From the IMG/VR virus record IMGVR_UViG_3300045391_000362: a stretch of DNA of 64,000 nt; one strand, 5' to 3'. The notes beneath the pieces were generated by a model that saw only the letters and a list, made by a program, of their open reading frames with translations, searched no databases and was not told where the DNA came from. Position numbers and translations under genes: made by a program. This document shows positions 19,764 to 28,492 of this stretch, piece after piece (position 1 is the first letter of the stretch; every line of letters begins with the position of its first letter). This DNA is from a virus.

Positions 19764-20201
19764 ATGACAGTATTACGTGGACAGTATTATCAATGGAACA
19801 TACTGCCTAACCAGTTCTATTTTGTAAGTAGAATCTTCTCACCTACGAAAATTCTGTTGTTTGAAATTCCTGATGGTTTTCAGGTTTATCAGACGACTGC
19901 ACAGATAGAGGCGAATTACACGCTCCTGGATTCCTTGCCACAGAATAGGCTATGGGGTCCAGGGGCGGGTGATCGTTCTGGCGTTTCCCTAGCCTACGCC
20001 TTGACAGGTGATTTTCTGTCCGCTAGAGTAGACGCACAGCACCAAACATTGAAGGCCAAGGCTCTCGCACCAACGTATCTTAGAGAGCGCTCAGTACTCG
20101 CAACAATGACTATAAGTGCTAATTTGATCAATCCGCTGATACTAGGAGGCAACCTTGCCGCGCAAGGGAGAACAGTACAGGCACACGCAGATCAAGGGTG
20201 A
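19764..20201 (+). CDS. hypothetical protein
   Basis: 145-aa ORF with AGGTGAG RBS. Confidence 0.45.
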   Translation: MTVLRGQYYQWNILPNQFYFVSRIFSPTKILLFEIPDGFQVYQTTAQIEANYTLLDSLPQNRLWGPGAGDRSGVSLAYALTGDFLSARVDAQHQTLKAKALAPTYLRERSVLATMTISANLINPLILGGNLAAQGRTVQAHADQG

Positions 20202-20325
20202 GACCTATAAGGTTGACACCGTTGACAAGAGTAGCAACGTGGTATACCTTAAGAACACCAACAACCGCGAGGCACCTATTCGGGTGACGTTTGATCAGCT
20301 CGCAAACAGCTACGAGAAGATTTAA
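20155..20325 (+). CDS. hypothetical small protein
   Basis: 56-aa ORF below the cutoff, TTG start 5 nt after AGGAGG; fills an otherwise empty gap before thyX. Confidence 0.4.
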   Translation: MPRKGEQYRHTQIKGETYKVDTVDKSSNVVYLKNTNNREAPIRVTFDQLANSYEKI

Positions 20326-20333
20326 GGAAATAC

Positions 20334-21041
20334 GTGAAGTTAACAGTGTTAGCTTCCACCTATTTTGAGGAACTGCCGGGCTCTGTTAGAAATACGGAGT
20401 TCGGCAGTTTTCATGGTGGCAAGCCTCATCAGTCCGCAGACCGTCTAGCCCACTTTGCTGGACGTTCTTGTTATCAATCCTGGAAGATGCCTAATCCCGA
20501 TACCGCCACTGATGAAGGCTATTTGGCCAATATCATCAAGCAAGGGCATTTCTCAGTATTGGAGCACGCTAGCGTTACCTTCTATGTTGAGGGTGTTAGC
20601 CGAAATATGACTCACGAGTTGATTAGGCACCGACACCTTAGCTACAGTGAGCTTTCACAGCGATATATCAACATGGAAGATGCCGTAATCACCATTCCGC
20701 CTGCCATTGACGCTCTTGACAACTGGATGGAGCCTGTTGGTAAGCTAGGCCGCACGATGTCTGATGCTATCAGTCGATATGGAGATATCGTAGAAATTCT
20801 GGAGTCTGAAGGCGTCAAGGGCAAGAAGGCACGAGAGGCAGCAAGAGCCTTGCTTCCTGGCGGAACAGAGACTAAGATTGTAGTCACGGGAAACCACAGA
20901 GCATGGCGTGATATGTTGCACAAGCGCTACTCTGTACATGCTGATGCGGAGATCAGGGAGTTCGCAACACTAGTTCTTGCGGAACTACGTAAGATCGCCC
21001 CTGCCACCTATCAGGATTTCCCGGATGAGCCGTTCGCATAA
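20334..21041 (+). CDS. thyX: FAD-dependent thymidylate synthase
   Basis: ThyX signature RHRHLSYSELSQRY (RHRxxSxxxxSxR); 235 aa. Confidence 0.9.
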   Translation: MKLTVLASTYFEELPGSVRNTEFGSFHGGKPHQSADRLAHFAGRSCYQSWKMPNPDTATDEGYLANIIKQGHFSVLEHASVTFYVEGVSRNMTHELIRHRHLSYSELSQRYINMEDAVITIPPAIDALDNWMEPVGKLGRTMSDAISRYGDIVEILESEGVKGKKAREAARALLPGGTETKIVVTGNHRAWRDMLHKRYSVHADAEIREFATLVLAELRKIAPATYQDFPDEPFA

Positions 21042-21213
21042 TCACGAGAACTGCTACAAATGTACTGACGGAGTAGTGTTCGGATTCTGCGATTATGAGG
21101 ACTGTGGTAATGAGTTCTGCGTAGAATACGGACACTGTTCCTGTAACTGCCACTCTGATAAGACGTGTGCATGTGGTTATTACTGGCCGAGAATGGAGAA
21201 ACTGAATGTCTGA
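21025..21213 (+). CDS. Cys-rich small protein
   Basis: ATG at 21025; 12 Cys in 62 aa (CYKC, CDYEDC, CSCNC, CAC). Confidence 0.45.
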   Translation: MSRSHNHENCYKCTDGVVFGFCDYEDCGNEFCVEYGHCSCNCHSDKTCACGYYWPRMEKLNV

Positions 21214-21571
21214 ACCGAAGCTTCGTTACAAGGTTTCCTATGCAGTTGACTGTCACGATCTCGATAAGTTCGTGAATATGCATCTTGAGGGCTACGGCGT
21301 TTCCTGGCGCTCTCTTGACACAGGCTACGATGGCTACCACAATGGTAGCTACATGAGCGCAGAGGTTAAGGTCGGAGACGAGATTGAGGATGATGAAGAC
21401 CAGAGCTTTGATCGTTGGCTGATTGGTGAGGGTCCGTTCTACCTTGATCCTGAGGATGGTCCAGATTCCCCATATTCTTACGATTCCCCTGGAATCCAGC
21501 ACATTCTTCAGTGGCTGTGCAACCTGGCAGTCATTCCTGAGGGAAATTACGTGGTGGAACTCTGGTGGTAG
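21206..21571 (+). CDS. hypothetical protein
   Basis: 121-aa acidic ORF, overlapping start/stop. Confidence 0.55.
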   Translation: MSEPKLRYKVSYAVDCHDLDKFVNMHLEGYGVSWRSLDTGYDGYHNGSYMSAEVKVGDEIEDDEDQSFDRWLIGEGPFYLDPEDGPDSPYSYDSPGIQHILQWLCNLAVIPEGNYVVELWW

Positions 21572-21789
21572 ATTTCTGGACTGTAAGGGACTTCATTGAA
21601 GTCCTTAAGGAGTTTCCTCCTGATACTCCGGTAATTCTCTCGACTGACGCTGAGGGAAATGAGCTTCGTATGGTAAACGGTGTTGGCAAGCGCTATGTTG
21701 AACAGCTTGAACACCGCTTCATGGAAGCTATTGACGAAGACGAGATTGACGAGTACGATCATTGGGTACTCACAACGGAGGTTTGGTAA
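21565..21789 (+). CDS. hypothetical protein
   Basis: 74-aa ORF, GTG start overlapping the previous stop. Confidence 0.5.
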   Translation: MVDFWTVRDFIEVLKEFPPDTPVILSTDAEGNELRMVNGVGKRYVEQLEHRFMEAIDEDEIDEYDHWVLTTEVW

Positions 21790-21932
21790 TGAAGCTAGGA
21801 CGCACTAAGGCTGCAAAGGAAGAGAAGCCCAAGCCTACAGGCTTCACGGAAGAGCAGAAGCGCGGACAGCAAGCACTGAGCGATAAGCTCAAGACCAATC
21901 GATGGGTTAACGAGAATGGAGAGCTGAACTGA
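21789..21932 (+). CDS. hypothetical small basic protein
   Basis: 47-aa ORF below the cutoff, TAATG coupling at both ends. Confidence 0.4.
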   Translation: MKLGRTKAAKEEKPKPTGFTEEQKRGQQALSDKLKTNRWVNENGELN

Positions 21933-22138
21933 TGGAGACTCAGACTGAGGCTGGTCCGGTTACCTGGATCAAGAACAAGTACTCTTGCCCCAAGCAGCGT
22001 GGTCGTTACTCTGGTGGAACTCACAACGGTCCTCCGAAGAAGCGTCGTAAGACTGGTAGTAAGATCAAGCCTACTCAGCAGCGCGTGATGATCATACAGG
22101 CCAACGGCAGGGTTGCGTGGGGCTGGCAGGCAGTGTAA
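21932..22138 (+). CDS. hypothetical basic protein
   Basis: 68-aa ORF, TGATG coupling. Confidence 0.45.
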   Translation: METQTEAGPVTWIKNKYSCPKQRGRYSGGTHNGPPKKRRKTGSKIKPTQQRVMIIQANGRVAWGWQAV

Positions 22139-22179
22139 GGTAGTACCTACCAAACACCAACAACGAGGGGAACGTTGAA

Positions 22180-22386
22180 ATGGCAAAGCACGGTAAGAAG
22201 AGTGACGTGACTGCCACTCAGGGAAATCCGGTCATCCGAGCACTGAACAACGCAGGGACTGGTCCTAGTCCTGAGCGAATAGCTAAGGATGTTGAGATCA
22301 TCGACAACGGTTGGAATAACACCGAAGAGGGTAAGGCGGACATCGCCACCAACGGTGCATCTCGTTCGGGTAAGCACGCTAGGTAG
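22180..22386 (+). CDS. hypothetical protein
   Basis: 68-aa ORF with GAGGGGAA RBS, followed by a terminator. Confidence 0.5.
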   Translation: MAKHGKKSDVTATQGNPVIRALNNAGTGPSPERIAKDVEIIDNGWNNTEEGKADIATNGASRSGKHAR

Positions 22387-22395
22387 TAACTGATT

Positions 22396-22430
22396 GAAGG
22401 GCTCTCAGCAATGGGAGCCCTTCTTAGTTT
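22396..22430 (+). terminator. intrinsic terminator
   Basis: 9-bp stem GAAGGGCTC/GAGCCCTTC followed by a T-rich tract. Confidence 0.65.
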
Positions 22431-22442
22431 AAGGAGTTTAGT

Positions 22443-22544
22443 ATGACAGCACCTAATTGTGGAAAGTGTGGAAAGCGACTTAAGCGAGTAACAGTTAATC
22501 GTGAAGGTCGATGGTACTGCGATAACTGTAAGGAGATGAAGTAA
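22443..22544 (+). CDS. mini zinc-ribbon protein
   Basis: 33 aa, CGKCG...CDNC, AAGGAG RBS. Confidence 0.4.
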   Translation: MTAPNCGKCGKRLKRVTVNREGRWYCDNCKEMK

Positions 22545-22729
22545 TGCTTCACTCAGTAAATGTGGACCACGATAATGATGTATTCGTATTCTGGCTTGAC
22601 AGCAAGTCTGGAACTACAATGAAGATGACTCCGGAGGAAGCCATTATGATCGGCGAAATCGGAGAAATGGCAAGGCTTCGTAAGCTCGCTGTTAAGGAGA
22701 TGGAAGAGAATGAGCGATCCGAGACCTGA
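22544..22729 (+). CDS. hypothetical protein
   Basis: 61-aa ORF, TAATG coupling. Confidence 0.5.
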   Translation: MLHSVNVDHDNDVFVFWLDSKSGTTMKMTPEEAIMIGEIGEMARLRKLAVKEMEENERSET

Positions 22730-22847
22730 ATGTCCTAAGTGTAAAAAGAACGATCAGGTATTTGAGGACGATAAAAAGAAAGTAACTAAGCCAAGATTTT
22801 GGCGCTGTCTTCGTTGTGATATGCCTATTAGAAAGATGAGACTTTGA
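22710..22847 (+). CDS. mini zinc-ribbon protein
   Basis: 45 aa, CPKC...CLRC. Confidence 0.4.
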   Translation: MSDPRPECPKCKKNDQVFEDDKKKVTKPRFWRCLRCDMPIRKMRL

Positions 22848-23233
22848 CCGTTGTAGTGATCACTGGTTCCCGAGACTGGCCGATGGCTAAGGCTCATCTC
22901 ATCTGGGATGCCCTCAGGAAGCTAGAGAAGGCCCATGAGAACGACTGGCACTGGTCTCCGATGGAATTGCACCATGGAGAGTGTCCGTACGGCGGAGCGG
23001 ACCTTATAGGGGCTTCCTGGGCTACTGGAGCCGATTGGGAGGTTACTCCGCATCCGCCATTGAAGCAGCAGGGTTGGGCATATGCCAAGAGGAATCAGGA
23101 GATGATTGACCTAAACCCTGATTACGTGGTAGCGTGCTTCCTAGAGGGCGCGGGAAACCGTGGAACTCAGATGACATATGATATGGCTGTTCGTGCCGGA
23201 CTAAAGGATCGAATCATAGAAGTGAGGGGCTAA
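22844..23233 (+). CDS. hypothetical protein (possible SLOG/DUF2493-like Rossmann fold)
   Basis: N-terminal VVVITGSRDW strand-loop typical of Smf/DprA-LOG-like folds; the functional call is weak. Confidence 0.35.
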   Translation: MTVVVITGSRDWPMAKAHLIWDALRKLEKAHENDWHWSPMELHHGECPYGGADLIGASWATGADWEVTPHPPLKQQGWAYAKRNQEMIDLNPDYVVACFLEGAGNRGTQMTYDMAVRAGLKDRIIEVRG

Positions 23234-23490
23234 TGGACGTTTTTGACCGTATTGAGAAGATGCTTATCGCCTATCTGGCTGATGAGAGGAACATCATAGC
23301 TACTAAGGCTCACTTTGGTGACACAGAGGGTCCGTACAACGATGGCTGTGATACTTGCGGTTATGGTGGTACTGGAATGACCTTTGAGATTCGCTACGTT
23401 CTTGAGGGTGAGAAGAACTATCAGGGCCTTTACATTGAAGGTGATCCCCTGGGATTCCTTCCGACTCTACTGGAGTACGATGCTGTGTAA
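23233..23490 (+). CDS. hypothetical protein
   Basis: 85-aa ORF, TAATG coupling. Confidence 0.5.
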   Translation: MDVFDRIEKMLIAYLADERNIIATKAHFGDTEGPYNDGCDTCGYGGTGMTFEIRYVLEGEKNYQGLYIEGDPLGFLPTLLEYDAV

Positions 23491-23585
23491 GTGTGGAGCT
23501 GCTGAAGCTACTCCTAAGTGGTTTCCGTATTGCTCTAAGATATGCTGGGATTTCTGGAACAAGACCAAGTGATCAATAAACTACG

Positions 23586-23936
23586 ATGGTGGATTCGGAA
23601 GCGACGGGGACTGAAATACTGTCCCCATTGCTGGGATTACACCACATGTTGGAAGGAAGGCAAGTAATGCCAACAATGGTGGTACAGGAATGGGTAGAAT
23701 CTGAGGCAGGCTGGGGAACCAGTTTTGACGGATATTCCATTCATGAGACTTCTGCTGACAGAGACGAGTACATTAAGGAATATTGGGATTCGATGCCTGA
23801 TGGTCCCGCTCCCTCTGTGTACTCTCGTCCACTCGGTGAGCCTCGCGTGATGCACATCTGGGCTGAGATAGCGGATGAAGTCCATAAGACAAAGAATGGC
23901 TACAGAACATACGACAGGACAGTAATAGGTGAGTGA
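23586..23936 (+). CDS. hypothetical protein
   Basis: 116-aa ORF; start uncertain. Confidence 0.5.
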   Translation: MVDSEATGTEILSPLLGLHHMLEGRQVMPTMVVQEWVESEAGWGTSFDGYSIHETSADRDEYIKEYWDSMPDGPAPSVYSRPLGEPRVMHIWAEIADEVHKTKNGYRTYDRTVIGE

Positions 23937-24423
23937 TTTAGAACCGCGCAAGCCCGAATCCCTGTTTATAGGAATCGATCAGTCCTATACAGGGTTCGGG
24001 CTTGTTGTGTTAGATGAGAGTGGCCATTGCCACCAGAAAAGCTTATTGAAATACCCTTTGAATAAATTCAAGGACGAAGCAGACCGATTAGTTAATATCT
24101 ACGATGATTTACTGATGTACTTCGCTATTCATCAAGGATCGGGAGCTACAATCCATATAGGAATGGAGGGATATGCATATGGAGCCAAGCTCAATCGGGA
24201 AAAGCTTGGAGAACTCGGAGGAATTGTCAAGCTTGTCTCAAAGCTTGTCTTTGACCAGAATCCTCAGACAATCCAGCCAACAGCTCTCAAGCAGTTCATC
24301 GGAGGCTCTGGCAAGGCTACTAAGGAAGATATGGTTGCCGCAATCCAGCAATTCGATCCCGAAATAACCAACGACAACCTAGCAGATGCCTATGGCATCG
24401 CACTCATGATACAATCTAGTTAG
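23929..24423 (+). CDS. ruvC: RuvC-like Holliday junction resolvase
   Basis: Acidic catalytic residues in RuvC order: FIGIDQS, IGMEGYAYG, LADAYGIA. Confidence 0.7.
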   Translation: MSDLEPRKPESLFIGIDQSYTGFGLVVLDESGHCHQKSLLKYPLNKFKDEADRLVNIYDDLLMYFAIHQGSGATIHIGMEGYAYGAKLNREKLGELGGIVKLVSKLVFDQNPQTIQPTALKQFIGGSGKATKEDMVAAIQQFDPEITNDNLADAYGIALMIQSS

Positions 24424-24451
24424 CAACTCCTCCTTTGCTATCTCCCTTCTA

Positions 24452-24491
24452 AGAGACCTATACCTGTATATCGGGTATAGGTCTCTTTTTT
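24452..24491 (+). terminator. intrinsic terminator
   Basis: 13-bp stem AGAGACCTATACC/GGTATAGGTCTCT followed by TTTTTT. Confidence 0.85.
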
Positions 24492-24538
24492 ATCTGTATA
24501 ATCAGTAGGAGACATGTACTATAAACTTGGAGAAAAAT

Positions 24539-24823
24539 ATGGTAGATAACCTGAACCCCAATGAGGTTCTTCTGAAAGTGAAGTCCGCCTCTTCCGCATC
24601 ATCCCTCGCAGCAGCGATTGCTAACAATGTCTATGCCAATAAGGATATTACTCTTCGTGCTATCGGAGCAGCAGCAGTTAACCAGTCGATGAAGGCTGTC
24701 GCTATTGCTCAATCCTATGTTGGTCCTAGAGGGTATGTGTTGTCCTGCCGTCCCGGTTTTGCAACTGTGGTTATGGACGACGGAGAGATAAGCGCTCTCA
24801 TCTTTAAGCTAATCATTTCTTAA
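24539..24823 (+). CDS. spoVS: SpoVS-like protein
   Basis: LLKVKSASS...LRAIGAAAVNQSMKAVAIAQSYVGPRG...CRPGF aligns along its full length with Bacillus SpoVS as I recall it. Confidence 0.65.
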   Translation: MVDNLNPNEVLLKVKSASSASSLAAAIANNVYANKDITLRAIGAAAVNQSMKAVAIAQSYVGPRGYVLSCRPGFATVVMDDGEISALIFKLIIS

Positions 24824-24840
24824 ACAGGGGAGAGTCCCGA

Positions 24841-25065
24841 ATGCCAGCACAGCCAGTGGATAACAGTTTTCCACAATCACGTACCGCTGAATTCTCCTCT
24901 GGAGCCACTGGGCTTGTAGGACAGGGCACTACTCATACAGTCCAGCAAATGGCACCCCAGAGTTATTCACCTTCTTCGGTACTATCACCATTAGGTTCTA
25001 CAACTAATGGAATGAGTTCCACCACTTATCAGCAAAACCGCGCCCTGAGTTATTACCGTTCTTAA
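24841..25065 (+). CDS. hypothetical Ser/Thr/Gln-rich protein
   Basis: 74-aa ORF with GGGGAGAG RBS. Confidence 0.45.
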   Translation: MPAQPVDNSFPQSRTAEFSSGATGLVGQGTTHTVQQMAPQSYSPSSVLSPLGSTTNGMSSTTYQQNRALSYYRS

Positions 25066-25077
25066 TTAGGAGAAACA

Positions 25078-25398
25078 ATGGCCGAAGAAATTGGCACAGG
25101 AAGTCGCCCAACAATGGGGACTGAAGCAGCTATGCTTGCCCGCACCGGAAGACCAGAGCGTGGAAGATTACGCCCTAAGGGTGGAGCAGGCAAGGGCGGG
25201 AACGCCCTACAAGGGCCTACAGGGCACCGTAGAGCCTCTTTTGAGAAGATGGGTGCCTCCCTGCATCCGACAGCAACTCTGTACGCTCAGAACGCCGCTG
25301 AGGCTGGAGAGATGTGCAAGAGAGTTCTAATGATGCCTTCTCGTAGTTCCTGGACAGATTCATTCCGCGCAAAGGCTAAGTACGGTCGCGCTATGTAA
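25078..25398 (+). CDS. hypothetical basic protein
   Basis: 106-aa ORF with AGGAGAAAC RBS. Confidence 0.5.
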   Translation: MAEEIGTGSRPTMGTEAAMLARTGRPERGRLRPKGGAGKGGNALQGPTGHRRASFEKMGASLHPTATLYAQNAAEAGEMCKRVLMMPSRSSWTDSFRAKAKYGRAM

Positions 25399-25413
25399 GA
25401 AAGGCAATAGCCA

Positions 25414-25794
25414 ATGACACTAAATCAGCACCCCGCGAATATTGCTAGATTCGAGAAAGAATCCTGGGTAGATAAATTACCTGATGCTATGACTGATGCC
25501 ATTGGCAAGTTATCTTTCATTGCGTGGGCTACTATCGTAGTCCTAGGTTGGATATTGTGGAATACACTAGCTCCACATGGAATGCGTTATGATCCATTTC
25601 CATTTGTATTTTTGAACCTAGCGTTCAGTGCGTTCGCATTTTACAGTGCGCCATTGATTCTTATGAGTCAAAATAGACAGAGCGAGCACGACCGCGCGAG
25701 AGCAGAGGAGGACTTGAAGACCGATAAGCGCACGTTGGCCATTCAAGAACGAATCGCGGAACACTTGGCTGTAAATACAGCCGATATAGAATAG
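25414..25794 (+). CDS. DUF1003-type membrane protein
   Basis: Two TM spans then the PLILMSQNRQSEHDR motif characteristic of DUF1003. Confidence 0.6.
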   Translation: MTLNQHPANIARFEKESWVDKLPDAMTDAIGKLSFIAWATIVVLGWILWNTLAPHGMRYDPFPFVFLNLAFSAFAFYSAPLILMSQNRQSEHDRARAEEDLKTDKRTLAIQERIAEHLAVNTADIE

Positions 25795-25801
25795 AGGAAT
25801 T

Positions 25802-26365
25802 ATGCCTAGTTCAGTTGCAGGTATGAATAACGTCAGTTACAATCCACCTGTAGGACAGCAAGGCTCTGTCACACAGTATGGTGGTGGCGGAGGAATGCCT
25901 ATCTCTGGCTTCCGCTCTATCCTTGATGCTAGACTAGCCGCAGCTACAGGCAAGACTCCAGAGGCACAATATCCTGATGGTTATCTAGGCTCTGTCGTTG
26001 ATAGACGTCAGGATAAGCTTCTACAAACCGTACGAAATAATGCCCGTAGCTATACCAGAGGGGTACACAAAGGATCACGAATCTCACCAACAGATTACTT
26101 CTGGCCGGATGATTTGACTCCTTACTCTTCTCTGGAGAGACGCATGGCAGGAGATAAGCATAGATATGCTGCTCAAGGTAATCCAGCGGAAAGACTAGCT
26201 CATGGTGGTAAGTACATTACTAATGAGGAAGCAAAGCAATTCGCACAGGAACTGAATATTGCTTTCGATCCACAAATGAAGGTAGTGTCCCCTAACGTAA
26301 GAGCCTTCCACTCAAAGTACAATCTACCTGGTTGGAGTCAAACAGGAAGTGGGATGAGTCTCTAA
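25802..26365 (+). CDS. hypothetical protein
   Basis: 187-aa ORF with AGAGGAAT RBS. Confidence 0.55.
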   Translation: MPSSVAGMNNVSYNPPVGQQGSVTQYGGGGGMPISGFRSILDARLAAATGKTPEAQYPDGYLGSVVDRRQDKLLQTVRNNARSYTRGVHKGSRISPTDYFWPDDLTPYSSLERRMAGDKHRYAAQGNPAERLAHGGKYITNEEAKQFAQELNIAFDPQMKVVSPNVRAFHSKYNLPGWSQTGSGMSL

Positions 26366-26694
26366 TGGAAAAGCAGAATACCAATTACAATCCTGATAAG
26401 CGCGAACAGGGCAATAACTCAATATATAACTGGACTCGCCCTTTCCAGTCCATGCAGGAACAACTTGTCCAGCAACAGTTATTAGATAATGCTACCGCTG
26501 AGGCTGCAAATAGAAGACCGCCAATTCCTAATATCGGAAAGATTCCCAATCGATTTGGTTATAGAAGCTATCCACCAGGAATTGCCGATATTCTTGTTGT
26601 AGATGACTCCTTCTCTTCCAACTTTGGTGACTTCTCTGGAACAGAGTCTGGCTATGGTGGTACAAGTTATCCCCAGAATCCTTCTCTTCCTTAA
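26365..26694 (+). CDS. hypothetical protein
   Basis: ATG at 26365 in TAATG coupling; the track start at 26332 is less likely. Confidence 0.5.
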   Translation: MEKQNTNYNPDKREQGNNSIYNWTRPFQSMQEQLVQQQLLDNATAEAANRRPPIPNIGKIPNRFGYRSYPPGIADILVVDDSFSSNFGDFSGTESGYGGTSYPQNPSLP

Positions 26695-26705
26695 TAGGAG
26701 TACAA

Positions 26706-26894
26706 ATGGCAGAACCAATCAAGAAGGCAGCAGCAAAGAAAGTAGCTGCTCCGAGACGTGCCACAGACAAGAGAACTGTTGGCTCAGCGAAGAATCCGAA
26801 GAAAGTTACAGCCGCGTCTGCTGCAACCTATAAGGCTGTAAAGCCTGTAAAGGTAGCCAAGGGCAAGGCAGGCAGACCTAGAAAGGCTCAGTAA
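26706..26894 (+). CDS. Lys/Ala-rich basic protein with AT-hook-like GRPRK
   Basis: 62 aa, AKK/PKK repeats and C-terminal KGKAGRPRKAQ; AGGAG RBS. Confidence 0.5.
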   Translation: MAEPIKKAAAKKVAAPRRATDKRTVGSAKNPKKVTAASAATYKAVKPVKVAKGKAGRPRKAQ

Positions 26895-27179
26895 ATGGCT
26901 TATCCAAGACTAAGATCAATGAATGCATCCCTTAATGAGGGAGCAACTGACGGACTTTACAAGAAGATCCGCCCCAATGTAGAGTGCGCAGACACAGATG
27001 ACAAGATTCAGAACCTGACCTATGATGCACGTGAGCAACTGAGTCTTCCGTACTACGGTGTTGGTATGGCACGTGAAATGCGTGTACCAGCGCGTCTACA
27101 GACTGTCACAACCCCTGATTTCTACAAGAACAAGCTGGAAAGACTTGAAGATGATGGCGTTCTAGGACAGACTTGGTAG
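26895..27179 (+). CDS. hypothetical protein
   Basis: 94-aa ORF, TAAATG coupling. Confidence 0.5.
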   Translation: MAYPRLRSMNASLNEGATDGLYKKIRPNVECADTDDKIQNLTYDAREQLSLPYYGVGMAREMRVPARLQTVTTPDFYKNKLERLEDDGVLGQTW

Positions 27180-27200
27180 TACTTTCCTAACACTGCACCA

Positions 27201-27241
27201 CAGCCCCTGAGTTGACAGATGTCGGTCAGGGGCTGTAGTCT
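27201..27241 (+). promoter_or_regulatory. hairpin overlapping a sigma70-like promoter for the lysis genes
   Basis: 10-bp stem CAGCCCCTGA/TCAGGGGCTG; TTGACA (27212) - 18 nt - TAGTCT (27236). Confidence 0.45.
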
Positions 27242-27314
27242 TAGGTCAGTTGTTACAGAACAAAGACATTTGATTTGTAAGAACCGTCCTTATTGTCTAG
27301 AGATTGGACTATCC

Positions 27315-27803
27315 ATGTCCAGTAGTATAGGAAAGCGTGCAGTTGTTACCAGCACCATGATTGCTTCGCTGGTTGGCTCAGGTCTAGCACTTGCACCTGA
27401 TGCTTCCGCAGCAGTAAACTACGCACCAGCCGCTGTTAAGGTGGCTAAGTCCAAGATTGGTGATCCTTACTATTCTGGTGCTACAGGACCGAACAGTTTC
27501 GACTGTTCTGGTCTTACGCAGTATTCCTACAAGAAAGCGGGAAAGAAGATCTCCCGCACCGCTCAACAGCAGTACAACACTACAACGCATATCGCTTGGA
27601 AGAATCGTAAGCCTGGAGATCTAGTATTTTTCTCCTATAAGGGTACTCATCATGTTTACCATGTTGGTATCTACATCGGCGTTATCAATCACCATTCCAC
27701 AATGATAGCTGCCCCCTATTCCGGTGCTAAGGTCCGCAAGGAAGTTATTTACTCGAAGTACTGGGAATCTCACGCAAGCATCTCCTTTGGAAGGGTTAAG
27801 TAA
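27315..27803 (+). CDS. secreted NlpC/P60 peptidoglycan endopeptidase
   Basis: Signal peptide ...LALAPDASA; catalytic DCSGLTQYSYKKAG and HVGIYIG motifs; the ATG at 27219 sits inside the hairpin and was discarded. Confidence 0.8.
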   Translation: MSSSIGKRAVVTSTMIASLVGSGLALAPDASAAVNYAPAAVKVAKSKIGDPYYSGATGPNSFDCSGLTQYSYKKAGKKISRTAQQQYNTTTHIAWKNRKPGDLVFFSYKGTHHVYHVGIYIGVINHHSTMIAAPYSGAKVRKEVIYSKYWESHASISFGRVK

Positions 27804-28406
27804 ATGAACAAGACACAAAAGATTGTTGCCACTACCGCAATCGCGGCTGGTCTGGCGAGTATTGCTACTACAGCTAACGCAAGCTCTGCTGACTGGAACG
27901 CTATAGCTCAGTGTGAATCCAGTGGTGATTGGCATGATACGGCCGGAATGTTTGAAGGGGGACTACAGTTCCTCAATTCCACATGGCTCTCCTATGGCGG
28001 AGGTAAGTATGCTCAGCACGCTTACAACGCTACACCCTCTCAGCAGGTTGCAATTGCTGAGAAAGTCCTGAATTCGCAAGGCCCTGGAGCTTGGCCTAAC
28101 TGCTTCCGCAGTGGGAATAGCTCACCAAGCGACTCTACGGGGTCTAGAAGCGCCGAACGTCGCTCCTCCGTACAGAAGGCACCTGAGAAGACTTACAAGG
28201 CTCCTGAGACCACTCAGAGCGCCCCGAAGAATAACGTGCACACCACGTTCACCTACCGCATAAAGGAAGGCGACACACTGTCCTTCATTGGTTGGTACTT
28301 CAATGTAGACTGGCACAAGATCTACAAGACAAACAAGAAGGTCATTGGGAATAATCCCAACTTGATCTTTCCTGGTGAAGTTCTTACTATCACCGTGAAC
28401 TACTAA
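27804..28406 (+). CDS. secreted Rpf-like transglycosylase with C-terminal LysM
   Basis: Signal peptide; WNAIAQCESSGDW...GGLQF...GPGAWPNC Rpf domain; LysM YRIKEGDTLSFIG...PGEVLTI. Confidence 0.85.
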   Translation: MNKTQKIVATTAIAAGLASIATTANASSADWNAIAQCESSGDWHDTAGMFEGGLQFLNSTWLSYGGGKYAQHAYNATPSQQVAIAEKVLNSQGPGAWPNCFRSGNSSPSDSTGSRSAERRSSVQKAPEKTYKAPETTQSAPKNNVHTTFTYRIKEGDTLSFIGWYFNVDWHKIYKTNKKVIGNNPNLIFPGEVLTITVNY

Positions 28407-28411
28407 GAAGG

Positions 28412-28444
28412 AGGCTCCCTAGGATAGACTGGGGAGCCTTTTTC
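28412..28444 (+). terminator. intrinsic terminator
   Basis: 8-bp stem AGGCTCCC/GGGAGCCT followed by TTTTT. Confidence 0.65.
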
Positions 28445-28492
28445 TGTTAAGATGAGATGGTTGAACCAGACGAAATACAAAAGGACTACTAG

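Noticed and set aside
27219-27314. Upstream ATG (27219) as the start of the NlpC/P60 gene
   Set aside because: That ATG lies in the loop of a 10-bp hairpin that also carries a promoter. The extra 32 residues would bury the obvious signal peptide that begins at 27315.
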